This document shows, in pieces, positions 60,805-64,000 of a stretch of DNA of 64,000 bases. The notes beneath the pieces are model-generated. The model had not been told where the DNA came from. It saw nothing but the letters and a program-made list of their open reading frames with translations, and ran no database searches. This stretch comes from Planctomycetota bacterium. Lineage in GTDB: Bacteria; Planctomycetota; UBA1135. The translations under genes were made by a program, and so were the position numbers. Location of the stretch: contig JBMYYH010000001.1 of assembly GCA_049609225.1 (NCBI GenBank), positions 6,352-70,351 of the forward strand, in the 5' to 3' direction. The number at the start of each line of letters is the position of its first letter. Position 1 is the stretch's first letter.

Positions 60805-62199
60805 CTAGCCGTGACGGATGACGGTGAAAGCCAAGTCGCTTTCAGGTTCGCCTTGCAGGAAGGCGCGCAGCTTTTCTTCCAGAGTGTCGATGCCATGCTC
60901 CACCGCCATCTTGGCTAACTGATAAACCCCGGCTTCCCCGAGTTGCTTGCCAGAAGGCGAAGTGCATTCGAAGGCCAGTGGGCTGAACATGACCAGGGCA
61001 TCGCCCTTCTTCAGTTCGAGATGCAGCGTCTCGATGGAGTTCCGGAAGATGGGGCCTTGGTCAAAGCCAAGTGCGATGCCGTTCGGCTGCAACTTACGCA
61101 GCTGACCTTCCTTGGCATCCCAACGAACCGCCGGGGCTTGGTGGCCGGCGGAAACCACTTCGACCTGAGCGGTTTCGGTATCGACGCGGGCAGCCATCAC
61201 CGAACAGTAGAGGCCGCGGGCCAAATCTCGGTTCAGACTGGTGTTGGCGGCATCAAAAGCGACGGCAGGTTCCGCGCCACCGAGCAGGCTACTGCGCAGA
61301 TAAGCACGGGTCATCGCCATCAGCAAAGCGCCGGGCATACCGTGGGTGGCGGGCGCACCGACCAAAGCGGTGAGGTGGCCGAGGCCGTCGTCCATGGCAT
61401 CGACGAAATCGCCGGTACCGGCACCACCGGATTCAATCAGGCAGTTCTCGATCGACCAACCTGCAGGCGGCGACAACTCCATCGGCTGCAGATGCCTGCG
61501 TAGTTCGCGCAGGTTTTCGGCTTCGGCTTCAGAAGCCGCGAGGGCTTCTTGATTGTCTTGACTCTCGATGAGGTCATCGACCATGCGCTCCATCGCCACA
61601 GCAAGATGCGCCACTTCGCCGACGGCATCTTCACCGCGAATCTGGCGATCGAGGTGACCGCGGCTGATCGCGAGCACGTCTTCGACCATCTCATTGAGTG
61701 GCGCGGCCAGTCGCCGTGCGGTGAGGGCACCCATCATCACGGTTGCCGCAACCAGTGCGCCGCAGACCAAGACCACTAAGGCCAAAACTCGCATAGCCGT
61801 ATCGCCACCGAGGTCACTGGGCGCATACATGGTGACGGATTCCGATACCGCACCACCTCCACTTGGCGTGTTGGCGAGGAACACCGTGCTGGTCTCTTCG
61901 CCGCGGGTGGAAGTGACTGGGCCGACACCGACCTGCACTGGAATGCCGGTGGTGGTGTCGTGTGCCGTCATCTCCATGGCACCGCGACGGGCACCATCGG
62001 CTTCAAGACGAATGGTCTTGGCGACCAATTCGGTTTGCGCTTCCTGCACCAGGTCGGTGCCCATGTCCTGAATGCCTTGCAGCAGCACAAAGGCTGCAAT
62101 CGATGCGAACACGCTCGCCAGCAGACCCAAGCCGAGGGTGAATCGGGTGGCGATGCCCATGCCGGGCGGGCGACGACGTTGGTAAGCCGAGTCGGTCAA
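60805..62199 (-). CDS. membrane-bound HAMP-domain PP2C/SpoIIE-family protein phosphatase (RsbU-like)
   Basis: Two TM helices, HAMP domain (RRLAAPLNEMVEDVLAISRGHLDRQIRGEDAVGEVAHLAVAMERMVDDL) and SpoIIE/PP2C motifs (GTGDFVDA...VGAPATHGMPGALLM...VSAGH). Confidence 0.85.
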   Translation of the reverse strand: MTDSAYQRRRPPGMGIATRFTLGLGLLASVFASIAAFVLLQGIQDMGTDLVQEAQTELVAKTIRLEADGARRGAMEMTAHDTTTGIPVQVGVGPVTSTRGEETSTVFLANTPSGGGAVSESVTMYAPSDLGGDTAMRVLALVVLVCGALVAATVMMGALTARRLAAPLNEMVEDVLAISRGHLDRQIRGEDAVGEVAHLAVAMERMVDDLIESQDNQEALAASEAEAENLRELRRHLQPMELSPPAGWSIENCLIESGGAGTGDFVDAMDDGLGHLTALVGAPATHGMPGALLMAMTRAYLRSSLLGGAEPAVAFDAANTSLNRDLARGLYCSVMAARVDTETAQVEVVSAGHQAPAVRWDAKEGQLRKLQPNGIALGFDQGPIFRNSIETLHLELKKGDALVMFSPLAFECTSPSGKQLGEAGVYQLAKMAVEHGIDTLEEKLRAFLQGEPESDLAFTVIRHG

Positions 62200-62702
62200 G
62201 TAACTAACAAGTCAGGGAAGAGACCACGTAGTGCGACCATGACCACGAGCGCATAGGCACCGGCGACCAGGTCATCTACCACGATACCCCAACCGCCGGG
62301 AAGTTTCTCCAGCCTTCGGGCGGGTGGCGGCTTGACGATGTCGAACAGGCGGAACAGGAAAAAGGCGAGAATGAGGTGGTTCCAGCCCGGGAAACCGACC
62401 CAAGCCACGGCCACGAGATAGCCGACAACCTCATCCAGGACGAATTCGCCCGGATCCTTCCGGCCATAACGACGCTCCGCCCATTTCCCGGCCAGTGCGC
62501 CGAGGAAACTCATGACCACCGTAAGGCCGAGCACCAGGGGCAGGAAGGCAGTAGGCCAAGTCCAGCCGACCAGCGCGGCAATCGCGACGCCACCCAGCGT
62601 GCCGAAGGTGCCAGAAGCGACGGGCGCATAGCCGAGCCCAAACCAGGTCACGTACATCTCGACGCAACGGTCCTTCCAGCTCGTCATTTGATGGCTGCTC
62701 AT
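62196..62702 (-). CDS. pgpA: phosphatidylglycerophosphatase A
   Basis: FGLGYAPVASGTFGTLGG...FRLFDIVKPPPARRLEKLPGGWGIVVDDLVAG is the PgpA signature. Confidence 0.9.
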   Translation of the reverse strand: MSSHQMTSWKDRCVEMYVTWFGLGYAPVASGTFGTLGGVAIAALVGWTWPTAFLPLVLGLTVVMSFLGALAGKWAERRYGRKDPGEFVLDEVVGYLVAVAWVGFPGWNHLILAFFLFRLFDIVKPPPARRLEKLPGGWGIVVDDLVAGAYALVVMVALRGLFPDLLVT

Positions 62703-64000
62703 GTGAGTTTCTCCAACATCGAGTAGGCCAGAAGCAGGGTGCGCTCCTCGCCGGTCTCATCGAACTGTACGACCACGCGCGCGTTCACGCCTTTGCCTTG
62801 AATGCGGGTGATGCATCCATCGCCGAACACCGGATGCCCGACGAGATCGCCGACAGCCAATCCTTCATCCTCGCTATCTTCCAGTTCCGACTCCGCGGCG
62901 GAGGACGATGCACTGCTGGTCCGGCCGCTGCTGTGGAAACCTCCAGCTGCAGGGACGCGCACACTGCTGACATCTTCCAACTCCTCCCCGATGACAAAGT
63001 CCGGCAGGACCTCATCCGGAAGCTCCTCCAGAAAACGCGACGGCGTGGTCGGCCCCGGTGCTCCAGTACGGAAACGCATCCGGCAATGCGACAACAGGAG
63101 TTCTTCCCGCGCACGCGTCAGGGCCACATAGAACAAGCGACGTTCTTCCTCCAAGCCTTCTGGATCCTCAAAGGAACGCGCGTGTGGGAACAAGCCTTCT
63201 TCCAATCCCACCACTGCGACGCGATCGAACTCCAATCCTTTGGCGGCATGCACCGTCATCAAGGAGACGCGCTCGGCGGTTTCTTCCCAACGATCCAAAT
63301 CGGTCAGCAGGGAAATCTCTTCGAGGAAACCGCGGAGGCCACCCTCTTCGCGTTCATCGTATTCATGCGCGAAGGCGAGCAGTTCCTCGATGTTCTGTCC
63401 GCGGTCGACATCTTCAGTGTGGTCCAGGCTCTCCGCGAAGTGACGATAGCCACTGCGATCGATGATCGTGCGCAAGGCGAACTCTGCCTTACCCAAGTCC
63501 TTGCGCATCGCCTCATAGACCGAAAGGAACTTCAGTAGCCCCTTCTTCGCTGGACCGCGCACACCGGAACGCACCTCTTCGCGTTGAATGGTAGTGAGCA
63601 TCGGCTCTTGATGCTCTTCCGCGACGGCACGGATGCGCCCCAGCGTGGTGGCGCCGATGCCTCGGGGTGGCACATTGACCACACGTTGGAATGCGACATC
63701 ATCCCGTGGATTGATGGCCAACCGCGCGAAGGAGGTCAGGTCCTTGATTTCTCGGCGCTCGAAGAAGCTGAGGCCACCGACGATCTGATACGGAATCTGC
63801 AGACGCGTAAAGGCAGCCTCCAAGGAACGTGAACAGGAGTTGGTGCGATAGAACACCGCGACTTCGTTGGCCTTGGTGCCATCACGCACCCAACCAGCCA
63901 CGCGCATCGCGACCTGATTCGCTTCGAGCTCTTCATCGTGGCCATCGGTGAGGCCAAGCGGCGGACCATCTTCGCGATCGGTGACCAGATCCTTCTCCTT
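62699..64000 (-). CDS. UvrD/PcrA/Rep-family DNA helicase, C-terminal part (gene continues beyond window end)
   Basis: The frame is open to nt 64000. Helicase motifs V-VI are present (VAVFYRTNSCSRSLE, LMTVHAAKGLEFDRVAVVGLEEGLFPH, EEERRLFYVALTRAREEL), plus a C-terminal Tudor-like tail (VGHPVFGDGCITRIQG). Confidence 0.85.
   Translation of the reverse strand, partial: KEKDLVTDREDGPPLGLTDGHDEELEANQVAMRVAGWVRDGTKANEVAVFYRTNSCSRSLEAAFTRLQIPYQIVGGLSFFERREIKDLTSFARLAINPRDDVAFQRVVNVPPRGIGATTLGRIRAVAEEHQEPMLTTIQREEVRSGVRGPAKKGLLKFLSVYEAMRKDLGKAEFALRTIIDRSGYRHFAESLDHTEDVDRGQNIEELLAFAHEYDEREEGGLRGFLEEISLLTDLDRWEETAERVSLMTVHAAKGLEFDRVAVVGLEEGLFPHARSFEDPEGLEEERRLFYVALTRAREELLLSHCRMRFRTGAPGPTTPSRFLEELPDEVLPDFVIGEELEDVSSVRVPAAGGFHSSGRTSSASSSAAESELEDSEDEGLAVGDLVGHPVFGDGCITRIQGKGVNARVVVQFDETGEERTLLLAYSMLEKLT

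Overview
High-GC, densely coding bacterial chromosome segment with about 58 protein genes, frequent 1-11 nt start/stop overlaps and almost no Shine-Dalgarno motifs. The gene content looks PVC/Planctomycetota-like (ECF sigma plus Ser/Thr kinase, CRTAC1/ASPIC, DUF1801, PhoD-like, BNR proteins), but I cannot assign the taxon from sequence alone. I recognised no rRNA, tRNA, CRISPR array, transposase or prophage.

Main blocks:
- serA 3' end, then an ECF sigma/Ser-Thr kinase pair.
- An HcrCAB-like molybdoenzyme operon.
- An S8 protease.
- A bcp-corA-mscK-like operon.
- Housekeeping genes (ppa, rpsD, pgpA, a UvrD-like helicase).
- A 13-gene type IV filament (T2SS/T4P-like) locus at 20.8-34.1 kb.
- Two tandem di-haem cytochrome c peroxidases.
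- Two tandem ECF sigma factors fused to a TM helix and ~700-aa external domains.
- A CRTAC1/ASPIC-TlpA fusion.

Most notable observations:
1. Two adjacent tip-pseudopilin-like genes share an unassigned domain and carry D12, a (GGY)n/Cys tail and a Cys/Asp-rich insertion.
2. Two in-frame TGA codons look like selenocysteine. One sits exactly at the peroxidatic Cys of Bcp. The other joins the FG-GAP and UnbV/ASPIC halves of one protein. Each is followed by a hairpin with a CGUGA loop.
3. A ~100-120 aa C-terminal domain recurs on six unrelated secreted enzymes.
4. The tandem membrane-tethered ECF sigma fusions share an upstream motif.

All functional calls come from reading motifs by eye; no database search was run.
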